25,251 nucleotides of DNA from a virus. The notes under the pieces were generated by a model, which did not search any database, was not told where the DNA came from, and was given only the letters and a program-made list of their open reading frames with translations. Shown piece after piece: positions 1 to 8,359 of the stretch. The position numbers and the translations under genes were made by a program. The stretch lies in IMG/VR virus record IMGVR_UViG_3300035698_028775; one strand, 5' to 3'. Position 1 is the first letter of the stretch. Each line of letters begins with the position of its first letter.

Positions 1-234
1 ATGAAACTTCAGGAGATAATTGATAATATAGATAAAAAACATTCAGATGATGTTGATGTAGAATGTTTTGCAGAGGAATTTTTTGGCTCATTATTAGAAC
101 GACATGGAACGTTCATGAGTGTACCAGATGAAGAAGATGGGAAGAGGTTAAAATGTTATCATATTAGTACTTGGTACTGTACAGATTCGTGGGTTGGATG
201 TCGTGCTTATTTAAATTGGAAAGCATTGGATTAA
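1..234 (+). CDS. hypothetical protein (starts at window edge, possibly 5'-partial)
   Basis: ORF in track; ATG at position 1; no recognisable domain. Confidence 0.3.
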   Translation: MKLQEIIDNIDKKHSDDVDVECFAEEFFGSLLERHGTFMSVPDEEDGKRLKCYHISTWYCTDSWVGCRAYLNWKALD

Positions 235-246
235 GGTGAAATAGGA

Positions 247-720
247 ATGTTTGAAACTTTTGATGGATTTGGTAGTTCTGTTATCATATGGTATGTAGTA
301 TGTACTCTACTTGTGCTTTTCATGGCTTTTCTCAACCAGAAATTCAAATGGTTTGATATTGATATGAAATTTTTAGATAAAATGAGTGGAGCTACGATAA
401 TTCTATGGGTGGTGATAATTGCTCCAATAGCTGAAGAGGTGTTTAGTAGGATATTACCAGCGGTTATAATAGGTAATACAGTTACGGTTGCTTTAATAGG
501 CACTATTATATGGCTACTTTTGCATGGGAAACGTGCATTTTTGTTGATTCCTATGATACCTTTATATGTCAATTTGGCAGTATCTGGATTATTTGTTACT
601 ATGGTGCTGATACATATGTTTCATAATGGGTGGATTGTGGTATTGTATCTGTGGGGCCGTAATAAAAAAGAAAAGATAACAAATCAGGAAAAGGTAGAAT
701 TTATAATAGACATAAATTAA
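247..720 (+). CDS. CPBP-family (CAAX protease / Abi-like) intramembrane metalloprotease
   Basis: Multi-TM protein with EExxxR motif (AEEVFSRI), FxxxH-like LLHG and HxxxN (HMFHNG) motifs in CPBP order; SD GGTGAAATAGGA before ATG. Confidence 0.6.
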   Translation: MFETFDGFGSSVIIWYVVCTLLVLFMAFLNQKFKWFDIDMKFLDKMSGATIILWVVIIAPIAEEVFSRILPAVIIGNTVTVALIGTIIWLLLHGKRAFLLIPMIPLYVNLAVSGLFVTMVLIHMFHNGWIVVLYLWGRNKKEKITNQEKVEFIIDIN

Positions 721-737
721 AAAAGTGAGGTGATACA

Positions 738-992
738 ATGGGAAAAGAAAATATTGCTGCGGTATTAAAGTATTATATTTCTGAAGGATATGAGGTGCTG
801 AAAGATGTTCGGTGTGTTATTGAGGGTCCATTTGCGATAGTGGTCATTGATGATGATACTGTAAAATATATCCCTATAAGGGGTATTATAGAATTAGATT
901 GGAGCAAAAAGGATTCCAAGGATATAATCAAAAATCTGGACAAACAGGTAACTCGAAACAAGAAGAAGCCTGATGATAGAGGATTTGGTTAG
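738..992 (+). CDS. hypothetical protein
   Basis: ORF with strong SD (AAAAGTGAGGTGATACA-ATG). Confidence 0.45.
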   Translation: MGKENIAAVLKYYISEGYEVLKDVRCVIEGPFAIVVIDDDTVKYIPIRGIIELDWSKKDSKDIIKNLDKQVTRNKKKPDDRGFG

Positions 993-1326
993 AATGAAAT
1001 ATTGTTGCCTTCATAAAAACTATCATGTAAGCATTTGTTCTTTTTGTCTGTCGTATCGTTCAGATGATAGCATGAGGGGTGAAGCACCAAAGAGGACTGA
1101 AATAGTATATCAGATTGGTTCAGGATGGAGTATGGATTTTTTGGTAAAGAGGAAAGATGATAGGGATGTAAAAAAATTATACAAACTAATTTATCCAACG
1201 TGGGAAATGTTGGTAAAAAACGGCGAGATTCATAGAAGTTCTATATTAAGAGAATATGTACCTGTTAAGAAATGGAAAAAGAAAAAGGGTAAAAGGGGGA
1301 GGAGAAAAAATGCCTCAAATGGCTGA
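973..1326 (+). CDS. hypothetical protein, Lys/Arg-rich C-terminus (start uncertain; alternative ATG at 994)
   Basis: ORF in track; basic C-terminal tail KKWKKKKGKRGRRK; AGAGGA SD before ATG at 994. Confidence 0.3.
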   Translation: MIEDLVRMKYCCLHKNYHVSICSFCLSYRSDDSMRGEAPKRTEIVYQIGSGWSMDFLVKRKDDRDVKKLYKLIYPTWEMLVKNGEIHRSSILREYVPVKKWKKKKGKRGRRKNASNG

Positions 1327-1474
1327 ATGTCATAAGTGTGGCGGTTTATCGGGTGAGCCGTTCATGTTGGGTGGATTGAGTTTCTGTGAGGCTTGTGAGG
1401 GATTGGTATATAAGATTATACTCCACATTTTCATATGTATCGTCGCTTGTATCAGACCTCACGGCATTAAATAA
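1310..1474 (+). CDS. small Zn-ribbon (CxxC...CxxC) protein with C-terminal TM helix; mutually exclusive with antisense ORF 1346..1537
   Basis: GGGGGAGGAG SD 6 nt before ATG (MPQMAECHKCGG...CEACEG). Confidence 0.3.
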   Translation: MPQMAECHKCGGLSGEPFMLGGLSFCEACEGLVYKIILHIFICIVACIRPHGIK

Positions 1475-1537
1475 ACACCCTGCCAATATTATCATACAGC
1501 AAACAAAACCAATTACCCATTTATAATAGTCTTTCAT
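1346..1537 (-). CDS. putative small lipoprotein (signal peptide with lipobox LAGC)
   Basis: MKDYYKWVIGFVCCMIILAGC...; start ATG overlaps the HNH stop (ATGA coupling); GGAGGT SD. Confidence 0.4.
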   Translation of the reverse strand: MKDYYKWVIGFVCCMIILAGCLFNAVRSDTSDDTYENVEYNLIYQSLTSLTETQSTQHERLTR

Positions 1538-2469
1538 ACTCTAACCTCCAAGTTTGTTCCTAAAATTTTTCGTAGCTTATTAATGAAATAATTCAATTCC
1601 TCTTTTCTAAATATTAATCCACCCGCCAGTTCATCATTGACCAATAAATCAAAATGCATATGCGAATCCGATTTTTTTATCACTATTACAACCACAGGAT
1701 TTCGAACACTTCTTACGCACTTTTCCAACTTGAAATTTCCCAATCTAACTCTCGTATTACCTCCCTTGTCCTTTCGAGTTAAACCAACCATCAAATTAAT
1801 AAAATTATAATTTCTCAATCTTAATGTTCCTGCATGTGCATGATTGACAAATACGCTAAATTTTTCTTTTAATACTTCGTCAATCTCCTCAGCATCTTCT
1901 TTAATAATCTTCACGATTAATTTCACATCGCAATCAGGATGCCAAACATGACCCTCATTCCAAATCTCGCAGCCCTTATCACTATTACACCGTGTACACA
2001 TCACCTGATAATTATCCAATTGGCTCTTACCGCCGTGTAATCGTGGCATTATATGGTCCTTTGTCATCAATATCTCTTTCCCATCCTCAGACAAACCATA
2101 TAAATTAAAATGATATTTATGAGGCAAAGCAACATCCTTGTTGACAAAACGTTCAAGCCCAAAAAATACTCCCTCAATCCCACATATCACACATTTTGTA
2201 CCCTTCATCGCAAATAATTGATACCTCTGAGAACACATAGAAACCATATGACCATCATAATCTTTTTGAGTAAGACATTCCCAATCCTTTTTTGTTACCA
2301 TCTTTTTCCTATGCCATCTCCCGTTTTTATTTTGCCTCCCAAATGGCACTGCGATTGTATCAACATTTACAACAAAAGGCAAAACCTCATCCACACTCCA
2401 TTGACCTATGCGAATCAGCTTATGCTCATGAGGCTTCGTATTGCCCTTTCCTCGTCGCCTATTACTCAT
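1534..2469 (-). CDS. HNH endonuclease (homing-endonuclease-like)
   Basis: Cys-flanked HNH core: CVICG...HKYHFNLYG...KDHIMPRLHGGKSQLDNYQVMCTRCN; GGGGGA SD. Confidence 0.75.
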   Translation of the reverse strand: MSNRRRGKGNTKPHEHKLIRIGQWSVDEVLPFVVNVDTIAVPFGRQNKNGRWHRKKMVTKKDWECLTQKDYDGHMVSMCSQRYQLFAMKGTKCVICGIEGVFFGLERFVNKDVALPHKYHFNLYGLSEDGKEILMTKDHIMPRLHGGKSQLDNYQVMCTRCNSDKGCEIWNEGHVWHPDCDVKLIVKIIKEDAEEIDEVLKEKFSVFVNHAHAGTLRLRNYNFINLMVGLTRKDKGGNTRVRLGNFKLEKCVRSVRNPVVVIVIKKSDSHMHFDLLVNDELAGGLIFRKEELNYFINKLRKILGTNLEVRV

Positions 2470-2472
2470 TAT

Positions 2473-3018
2473 TTAATCCCCCAATTTCTTTTCAGGGAAG
2501 TCGTGTTTTTCGAAATCTGAAAGACACTTTGCCATCGTTAATACATCTGGCATCAATCCAACGCTCTGGTAGAACCCCTGCGCACTTTCGTTCACCCAAT
2601 ACACATCAACACAACACAATCCCATACCCCGGTTCTTAAACCATTTTTCAAGTTCATTATAAAGTTTCGTAGCGATTCCAACCCGTCGATATTCTTCACA
2701 AACGTAGAGCATTTGAAGATGTCCATGAAACGGTATTAACAACATAGCACTACCACACCAATTATATATCTCCCCCACAATGAAACCGACCATCTTTTCG
2801 CCTTGCATCGCAACCAGGACATTAACGTTGGTACGAGCGATGAGCCATTCGAACTCTTCCTTTACCGTCGTAGGGAAAGGAATACGGCGAAGGAAAGTGA
2901 ATCCCCGCAATTTCTTCTGATATTCCTCATCCTCCGTAAGAAAGGCACAGTACCGTTCATATAGTACAGAAATGTCACTATCTTTTGCTCTGCGTATTAC
3001 AAATAATGGTTCATTCAT
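2473..3018 (-). CDS. GNAT family N-acetyltransferase
   Basis: Acetyl-CoA binding motif A (VCEEYRRVGIATKLYNELEKWFKNRG); start refined to ATG at 3018 (GGGTGA SD), 1-nt overlap with upstream stop. Confidence 0.75.
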   Translation of the reverse strand: MNEPLFVIRRAKDSDISVLYERYCAFLTEDEEYQKKLRGFTFLRRIPFPTTVKEEFEWLIARTNVNVLVAMQGEKMVGFIVGEIYNWCGSAMLLIPFHGHLQMLYVCEEYRRVGIATKLYNELEKWFKNRGMGLCCVDVYWVNESAQGFYQSVGLMPDVLTMAKCLSDFEKHDFPEKKLGD

Positions 3019-3617
3019 CACGAATCACCCATAATCATCTTCCAATTATCTATCGGAACAAACGCCTTTGAACCACATTTCGCTATCGCATCGTAAATTT
3101 CCTTGGCATAAATACCCAACATATTAACTGGTAGATTAGATAACCAAAAAACATGACTAATAGTTATACCAGATTCACCACGCCCCTCCATTAAATCTTT
3201 CAATACAAAATCCATCGCATCATCGTTCAATTTGATATCAAATTTTCTATCACTTGAATTATATTCAGGGCAAGGACTCAAACACATTTCACGGAACTTA
3301 TTGCCGCCCTCATCATAATCCCCATCATCACCATCCGTAATGTAAATATAAGGAGATACGTTTTCAAAACTCCAGCGAGTCGGGTCAAAAATCCTACCAT
3401 CTCCCAATACTATCCAACCATGACGCACCCAATCCAAATTGTTATGACCTGCCCAATATCCATCAGCAGATATCGGTCCCCTGTAATGCCCATATACAGC
3501 CCGACCGCCAACTATCTTCTCGTCAACAATCTTCATTGCAATTTCATAGCAGCGTCCCTCCCATTCATCAGCAGGGATTTTGATAATTTTCTCAATAACT
3601 TCTATTTCAATACCCAT
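3018..3617 (-). CDS. transglutaminase-like / papain-fold cysteine peptidase domain protein
   Basis: Cys-His-Asp triad in Transglut_core order: GRCYEIA ... VRHGWIV ... IFDPTRW. Confidence 0.55.
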   Translation of the reverse strand: MGIEIEVIEKIIKIPADEWEGRCYEIAMKIVDEKIVGGRAVYGHYRGPISADGYWAGHNNLDWVRHGWIVLGDGRIFDPTRWSFENVSPYIYITDGDDGDYDEGGNKFREMCLSPCPEYNSSDRKFDIKLNDDAMDFVLKDLMEGRGESGITISHVFWLSNLPVNMLGIYAKEIYDAIAKCGSKAFVPIDNWKMIMGDS

Positions 3618-3618
3618 T

Positions 3619-3936
3619 CTATCGCCCCCAAAGTTTAATTTCTCTTATTGTAACTTTATCTGAAATTGGATAAGGTTCGGATGAATCCTTGATTAATATA
3701 GTAGACAATCTACCATGTTTTGCTATAGCCCAAATTTGGTCACCGTTTCCATACTCCGTTTTTATCTTATTTTTCAATTTGTATATCAAAAAAGATTCCG
3801 TTTCAAATTTGCTTTTCTTTGCATATACTTTTGATAGAGAAAATAATCTTAATATTTCTTCTCCATTGAATCCTGCTGCTCTCAATCTCGTATCCGCACG
3901 TTCAAGCGCATGATACTTATATTTAATCGCTTCCAT
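3619..3936 (-). CDS. DUF4258-like small protein (toxin-like fold, function unknown)
   Basis: N-terminal YKYHALERADTRLRAAGF..EEI pattern resembling DUF4258 (yt.HAleR..eRgI..eei). Confidence 0.35.
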   Translation of the reverse strand: MEAIKYKYHALERADTRLRAAGFNGEEILRLFSLSKVYAKKSKFETESFLIYKLKNKIKTEYGNGDQIWAIAKHGRLSTILIKDSSEPYPISDKVTIREIKLWGR

Positions 3937-4438
3937 GTAAATCCTTCATCCTTCCTATTCTATCATCGTCCATCAGATATTCAACGACCGGCCACGGAAC
4001 ATATTCACTTATATCCTCCAAAATTGCCAATTTATTTCTTATAAGCGTTCCCTTAAATATATCCCTCGATACCGGAGGCGCAGAATATATTTCATATCCC
4101 CTATCACCAAACAGTTTTTTATTGATTGGATTGTTGCCGATTACAACATCGAATTCAGGAACCAAATCCTCTATATGTGAAACCCAAATTCCACATCTTC
4201 CAACGTCATCTATCGGAATTATAAAACACCGCTGTCTCCATTCTTCCTTCAAAGATAACCAAATCATTTTTATTCGCTCACTCGCAGAATATGGATTTTC
4301 ATAAGTATAACTCTTTTTACATGAGCCTACCCCTATTATCAAATATTCCAAATTCATATCTTCCATCGCTATCCTTACCATCTCGTAATGCCCGTTATGA
4401 AACGGCTGAAATCTCCCCAGAAATATTCCAGTTGTCAT
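3923..4438 (-). CDS. nadM: nicotinamide-nucleotide adenylyltransferase, archaeal NadM type (NMNAT)
   Basis: GRFQPFHNGH HxGH motif and end-to-end collinearity with archaeal NMNAT (IIGVGS..KSYT.ENPYSASERI.MI; IPI.D......W.....L.P.FD.V..NNP; RGYE; S.T.IR..L). Start refined to MTTGIF (ATG at 4438) directly after the upstream TAG stop, with GGAGAAG SD. Confidence 0.85.
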   Translation of the reverse strand: MTTGIFLGRFQPFHNGHYEMVRIAMEDMNLEYLIIGVGSCKKSYTYENPYSASERIKMIWLSLKEEWRQRCFIIPIDDVGRCGIWVSHIEDLVPEFDVVIGNNPINKKLFGDRGYEIYSAPPVSRDIFKGTLIRNKLAILEDISEYVPWPVVEYLMDDDRIGRMKDLHGSD

Positions 4439-4439
4439 A

Positions 4440-5153
4440 CTAATCTTCTCCATTTTCTATACCAACAACATATCTTGTTCCATCACTATTACGAATCCTT
4501 TGCCCAAATCCACTACCATTTCCATGCGTTACTGTCATACCATCACTACTTTCACTCATTCTATCCCTGAATATTCGGTCTGAACGCTCGGGAGAAGTTT
4601 CTTCAGTATTTGCGAATTTATTTTCACACGCTAAAAATAATTTATCCGCTTTATACAACGTAATCGCAAGTATTCCCGACGTTATTGAAAGTACACATAT
4701 TTCAAGCCAAATCGGTATGAATACATACAAATACGACCAATCAATTACTCCAGTCGATTTCAAAATAACCATCAATGAAACAAGGGCAACATTCATACCC
4801 CACGCCAATAATGACCTCTTTCCCAAAAAACGCTCGGTGCAAACAAATCTATTAAAACTATCCAGTACATATTCATCCTTATCTATCCTTCTATGGAAAT
4901 CATTGTACATCCTACGAGATACATTATCAACACTATGACACAGAACATATATACAACCGATTATTAAGAAAAAAGTAGCAAAAATAGGAACCATCCAAAA
5001 CGCACCAAATATCCAAATAAGCGACCAATTTATTACTCCAAATGCCTTTGCCAAAATCAGAGCCAAGCATATCATAAAAATCACAAACGACGATGTCGGA
5101 AATGACTCGTCATTCAATTGCTTATTTCCAATCGGTGCTATCGGCATACTCAT
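4440..5153 (-). CDS. integral membrane protein (4 predicted TM helices), unknown function
   Basis: Two hydrophobic hairpins separated by a charged loop; SD present. Confidence 0.5.
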   Translation of the reverse strand: MSMPIAPIGNKQLNDESFPTSSFVIFMICLALILAKAFGVINWSLIWIFGAFWMVPIFATFFLIIGCIYVLCHSVDNVSRRMYNDFHRRIDKDEYVLDSFNRFVCTERFLGKRSLLAWGMNVALVSLMVILKSTGVIDWSYLYVFIPIWLEICVLSITSGILAITLYKADKLFLACENKFANTEETSPERSDRIFRDRMSESSDGMTVTHGNGSGFGQRIRNSDGTRYVVGIENGED

Positions 5154-5154
5154 A

Positions 5155-5691
5155 TTACCATCTCGGCACAGCTTTTTTTATCGTATCTGTAGACGTAGTC
5201 GAAACCACTTTTCCACATTTCGTGCATTTATGCTCCCATTTCTTTATTGTTTCAGCAGGAACATGACACGGTCCACGCCAATCTGAGCCCATCGTGCCAG
5301 GACGGTCGCCAGGAATCGTATATGCTTTGCGATATTCAGGAACATATTTAGTATCGCTCCAAACATGGTTACAATCCCGTTCTAATTTCAAAAGATATGC
5401 CTTTTTATCTGCCAATTTCTTCTCTTCATCAGCTATCTGTTGCCTCGCCAGTTCAGCCGAATCACAAACTCCCGAAATAGTAGGTAAATTTTCACTAATG
5501 GGACGCACCCTCCCATATCTATGGCATTCACAACATACACTATCCTCTTCACCAAGAGGTGCAAGATGTTTTGAACAGATATCTTTTCTGCATATATCAC
5601 AATGAGAATACATACCTTCGGCAGCTTTACCGCAGTAATCACAGTATCTCTTACTCACTTCCACTTCCTCAGTTTTCGTTATCGTTACCAT
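5155..5691 (-). CDS. Cys-rich zinc-finger protein
   Basis: Multiple CxxC pairs (CDYCGK, CDICRK, CCECHR, CTKCGK); start refined to ATG (MVTITK) with GGAAGAGTGA SD. Confidence 0.5.
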   Translation of the reverse strand: MVTITKTEEVEVSKRYCDYCGKAAEGMYSHCDICRKDICSKHLAPLGEEDSVCCECHRYGRVRPISENLPTISGVCDSAELARQQIADEEKKLADKKAYLLKLERDCNHVWSDTKYVPEYRKAYTIPGDRPGTMGSDWRGPCHVPAETIKKWEHKCTKCGKVVSTTSTDTIKKAVPRW

Positions 5692-5695
5692 TTTA

Positions 5696-5971
5696 TCACT
5701 CTTCCTTTCGCTTTCCACACTTATCAGTCACCATCATAACATTCGGAATATTCATTTCGTTACACCGCCCAACAATATCCTTACCATCACCCTCACGGTC
5801 AACAAAGGAATTACAATCTCCACATTTATGCTCCGGCGACTCATGGTCAGCACTAATATGTTTTTCTACTTCCTCAATTGCATCATCCTTGATATTCGCA
5901 AAAGTGTACCAAGTACACTTAGGACAATAAGCATACCAAAAATGATGTATCTCCTTAGTCCGTATTTCCAT
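5696..5971 (-). CDS. small zinc-ribbon protein
   Basis: CPKC...CGDC...C; start refined to MEIRTK with GGAGAGATAGA SD. Confidence 0.45.
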   Translation of the reverse strand: MEIRTKEIHHFWYAYCPKCTWYTFANIKDDAIEEVEKHISADHESPEHKCGDCNSFVDREGDGKDIVGRCNEMNIPNVMMVTDKCGKRKEE

Positions 5972-5972
5972 T

Positions 5973-6350
5973 CTATCTCTCCGCATTTATCTTTGCAACA
6001 TAAGGAGTTATTAATTCTTCTAAAATATCCCTGTTGAAATTTTTTGATTGTTCAGGTGTCATCTCAATATTAAAACAATCTGTAGTCTCATCATCAATTT
6101 CAAAAGTCGTAAGAATAACGTCCCCACGTTCTTCATCAATACTCACAAAGGGCATAGTCCCAATCCATAGAAGCGTCCATTCTTTACAATTTTTCCGAAT
6201 CATGCGCTTAAAATTAAAACATGACCACTCTGGCTCATCCACCTTACCATCACAAACGAAACCATCAATCTTAATTGGATTTTTCTGAATTTGCTTCCGT
6301 ACTTCCAACAACGTTTTACTTACATCATTATTACTGAGTATTCTTGCCAT
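5973..6350 (-). CDS. hypothetical protein
   Basis: ORF tightly packed within the operon. Confidence 0.45.
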   Translation of the reverse strand: MARILSNNDVSKTLLEVRKQIQKNPIKIDGFVCDGKVDEPEWSCFNFKRMIRKNCKEWTLLWIGTMPFVSIDEERGDVILTTFEIDDETTDCFNIEMTPEQSKNFNRDILEELITPYVAKINAER

Positions 6351-6362
6351 CTATATCACCTT

Positions 6363-6548
6363 TTAACTTGTTAATGCAACAACTTCTTGGCCCGTCGGTT
6401 CACCTGTTTCAGGGTCTATTTCATCTACTACACCCGCACTTTCAACCCACATTGCAATTTCACCCTCATAATTATCATGATGAGTTATTCCAACCTCCAT
6501 ATTTTGAGGAAGTTTTTTCAATTGTTTAATTAGGTCTTTTACTTCCAT
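6363..6548 (-). CDS. hypothetical small acidic protein
   Basis: ORF in operon context. Confidence 0.35.
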   Translation of the reverse strand: MEVKDLIKQLKKLPQNMEVGITHHDNYEGEIAMWVESAGVVDEIDPETGEPTGQEVVALTS

Positions 6549-6552
6549 TTGC

Positions 6553-7176
6553 TCACCTTTTGATTACTCTAAATCCTTCACTCCTCAGAAAATGTTTATC
6601 CCGTTCCAGATTGCCGTGCATCCTCATTACAACATCCGGTGGAACGCAACTTCGGTCCTTTTTCAGAACCGTTAAATCATAAATAATACGAGATATCGCC
6701 ACCAAAGGGTCACACTCAATAAGTACAGCCAATAGCTTGCAAGGATGAAGCACATCTTTCAAAAATCCTTTACGATTTCGTGAAACCGTATTAGTAGCAT
6801 CCAAAACAACATCCTTTCCTTCCGATAATGCCCCATTAACCCTATCCCTCGCCAATTGCCAAACCTTTCCCTCAATTCCAGATTCTTGATTGGTATTTAT
6901 AGAACCACTCAGTTCCTTTCTTATCTGGTCAGGACAAACTATAACAGCATCTTCACGAGTTTTTAAATAAGTAGATTTACCAGAACCAGGTATTCCAACC
7001 ATAAAAACAAGAGTAGGTTTTTCAACCTTTTCTGCCCGTTTTGCGTATCCCGCTATCGCCTTCTCCATCGCAACCTTACTAAAATTACGACCGCATTTTC
7101 CACAAACAAATTCTTCGGGATTCGAACCCTCCCCAACTCTGTCAGGTATTCCACAATATGGGCATATCTTTTCCAT
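6553..7176 (-). CDS. Zn-ribbon + P-loop kinase of the polynucleotide kinase (T4 Pnk kinase domain / AAA_33) type
   Basis: N-terminal CPYCG...CGKCG ribbon; Walker A VFMVGIPGSGKSTY; Pnk-like VVLDATN motif. Confidence 0.6.
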   Translation of the reverse strand: MEKICPYCGIPDRVGEGSNPEEFVCGKCGRNFSKVAMEKAIAGYAKRAEKVEKPTLVFMVGIPGSGKSTYLKTREDAVIVCPDQIRKELSGSINTNQESGIEGKVWQLARDRVNGALSEGKDVVLDATNTVSRNRKGFLKDVLHPCKLLAVLIECDPLVAISRIIYDLTVLKKDRSCVPPDVVMRMHGNLERDKHFLRSEGFRVIKR

Positions 7177-7182
7177 ACAACA

Positions 7183-7210
7183 CCTATATAGTATTGGTTG
7201 TATATAACAC
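7183..7210 (-). promoter_or_regulatory. conserved inverted-repeat motif (copy 1), candidate promoter/5' leader element, ends 7 nt upstream of ATG 7176
   Basis: + strand CCTATATAGTATTGGTTGTATATAACAC; mRNA sense ...TTATATACAACCAATACTATATAGGTG-TTGT-ATG. Confidence 0.55.
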
Positions 7211-7388
7211 TACCGCCTTTTTTCTCCAAAAGCGTAGCGAAAATAAAAGGCCGCTAATCAGTCATTTTAGCTCGCCATACCCGGCATCTAATATCGCCAG
7301 AGATAGTAGTCAACCCGTACTACATATGATTTTGGATGATAGAGGACCATGCTCCCGCAGTACTGCAATTATCCGGGATTCCATTGCA

Positions 7389-8051
7389 TTATTCGACATT
7401 ATCAATTTCCTTTATCTTGATAATATGCTCTTTGATTCTTTCTTTACTTATCCGTAAATTACCATCCACATCAATTAGCATCTGTCTCTTTGCTTTAAAT
7501 CTATCAACTCTGAGACTATCATACTCCGCACCCATCTTCTTCAAAAATTCCTCTTCCGACATCTTATAATCCCCTCCGTTATCACCAATCATCTCACACA
7601 GATGAGGTCCAGATAATCTATATAACATGCCAGGATACAATTTACACGAAATTCTATCATCTGCCTTATTATATGGACAAGCTGAACATATTATATTTCT
7701 TTGTTCATAATCGTAATAAATTTTCCTCATTGAATCATACCAATCACCATACCATATCATTCCTTCCGGTGGAGGTGGCATATCATCGTCCATACTCAAA
7801 GTCCCACCAACAATATTATATGTGGCTTCAGGTGGATATTCCTCTGGTGGAATCACGCCGAATTTCTTTAATTCCATAACTAACTTTTGAGAAATATCTC
7901 CACCATTCATAACAGTTTTAGCAATAATCCCATCATTATCCATTAGCCTATCATCAGCCAAATCATGATTTAGACTCCACGTCATACCGCCAATTCCTTC
8001 TATACACATAAAATACTCCATAGGAGTTTCCGGCCACTTTTTTAATTCCAT
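7389..8051 (-). CDS. hypothetical protein (start refined to MELKKW)
   Basis: GGTGAATAT-ATG SD; upstream part of the track ORF is leader read-through. Confidence 0.5.
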   Translation of the reverse strand: MELKKWPETPMEYFMCIEGIGGMTWSLNHDLADDRLMDNDGIIAKTVMNGGDISQKLVMELKKFGVIPPEEYPPEATYNIVGGTLSMDDDMPPPPEGMIWYGDWYDSMRKIYYDYEQRNIICSACPYNKADDRISCKLYPGMLYRLSGPHLCEMIGDNGGDYKMSEEEFLKKMGAEYDSLRVDRFKAKRQMLIDVDGNLRISKERIKEHIIKIKEIDNVE

Positions 8052-8055
8052 ATAT

Positions 8056-8355
8056 TCACCTTTTAAAAAATATTTTTTCACATAAACGATATTTCCCCAT
8101 CCTGCAATCAGTGTCGCCCCTCTCAATCTGAGTAAACTTATAACATGGAGTTCCTTTAAACCATTTTTTATCATGTACCGAACATCTCGAAATATGACCA
8201 TCCCATATAAGGTGAGGACAATCCTCGCCAGAAGGTTTATGAATGATAAATTCCATCGATTCTTCTAAATCAATGTCCTCCCTATCAGATATCTCTGGCG
8301 ATATAATCATAACATCATACATCACACAACAATATCCACAGTTAAGACATTTCAT
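8056..8355 (-). CDS. CxxCxxCC (YkgJ/UPF0153-like) putative Fe-S/Zn-binding protein
   Basis: MKCLNCGYCCVMYD ... CPHL ... CSVH; start refined to internal ATG. Confidence 0.4.
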   Translation of the reverse strand: MKCLNCGYCCVMYDVMIISPEISDREDIDLEESMEFIIHKPSGEDCPHLIWDGHISRCSVHDKKWFKGTPCYKFTQIERGDTDCRMGKYRLCEKIFFKR

Positions 8356-8359
8356 AATG

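Noticed and set aside
231-572. 113-aa - strand ORF
   Set aside because: It is antisense to the CPBP protease gene, which carries catalytic motifs and a proper SD.
2218-2639. Two + strand ORFs of 100 and 115 aa
   Set aside because: They are antisense to the HNH and GNAT genes and have no SD.
7158-7457. 99-aa + strand ORF spanning the GC-rich intergenic region
   Set aside because: It runs across a - strand gene start and promoter motif and into the next - strand gene. It has no SD.
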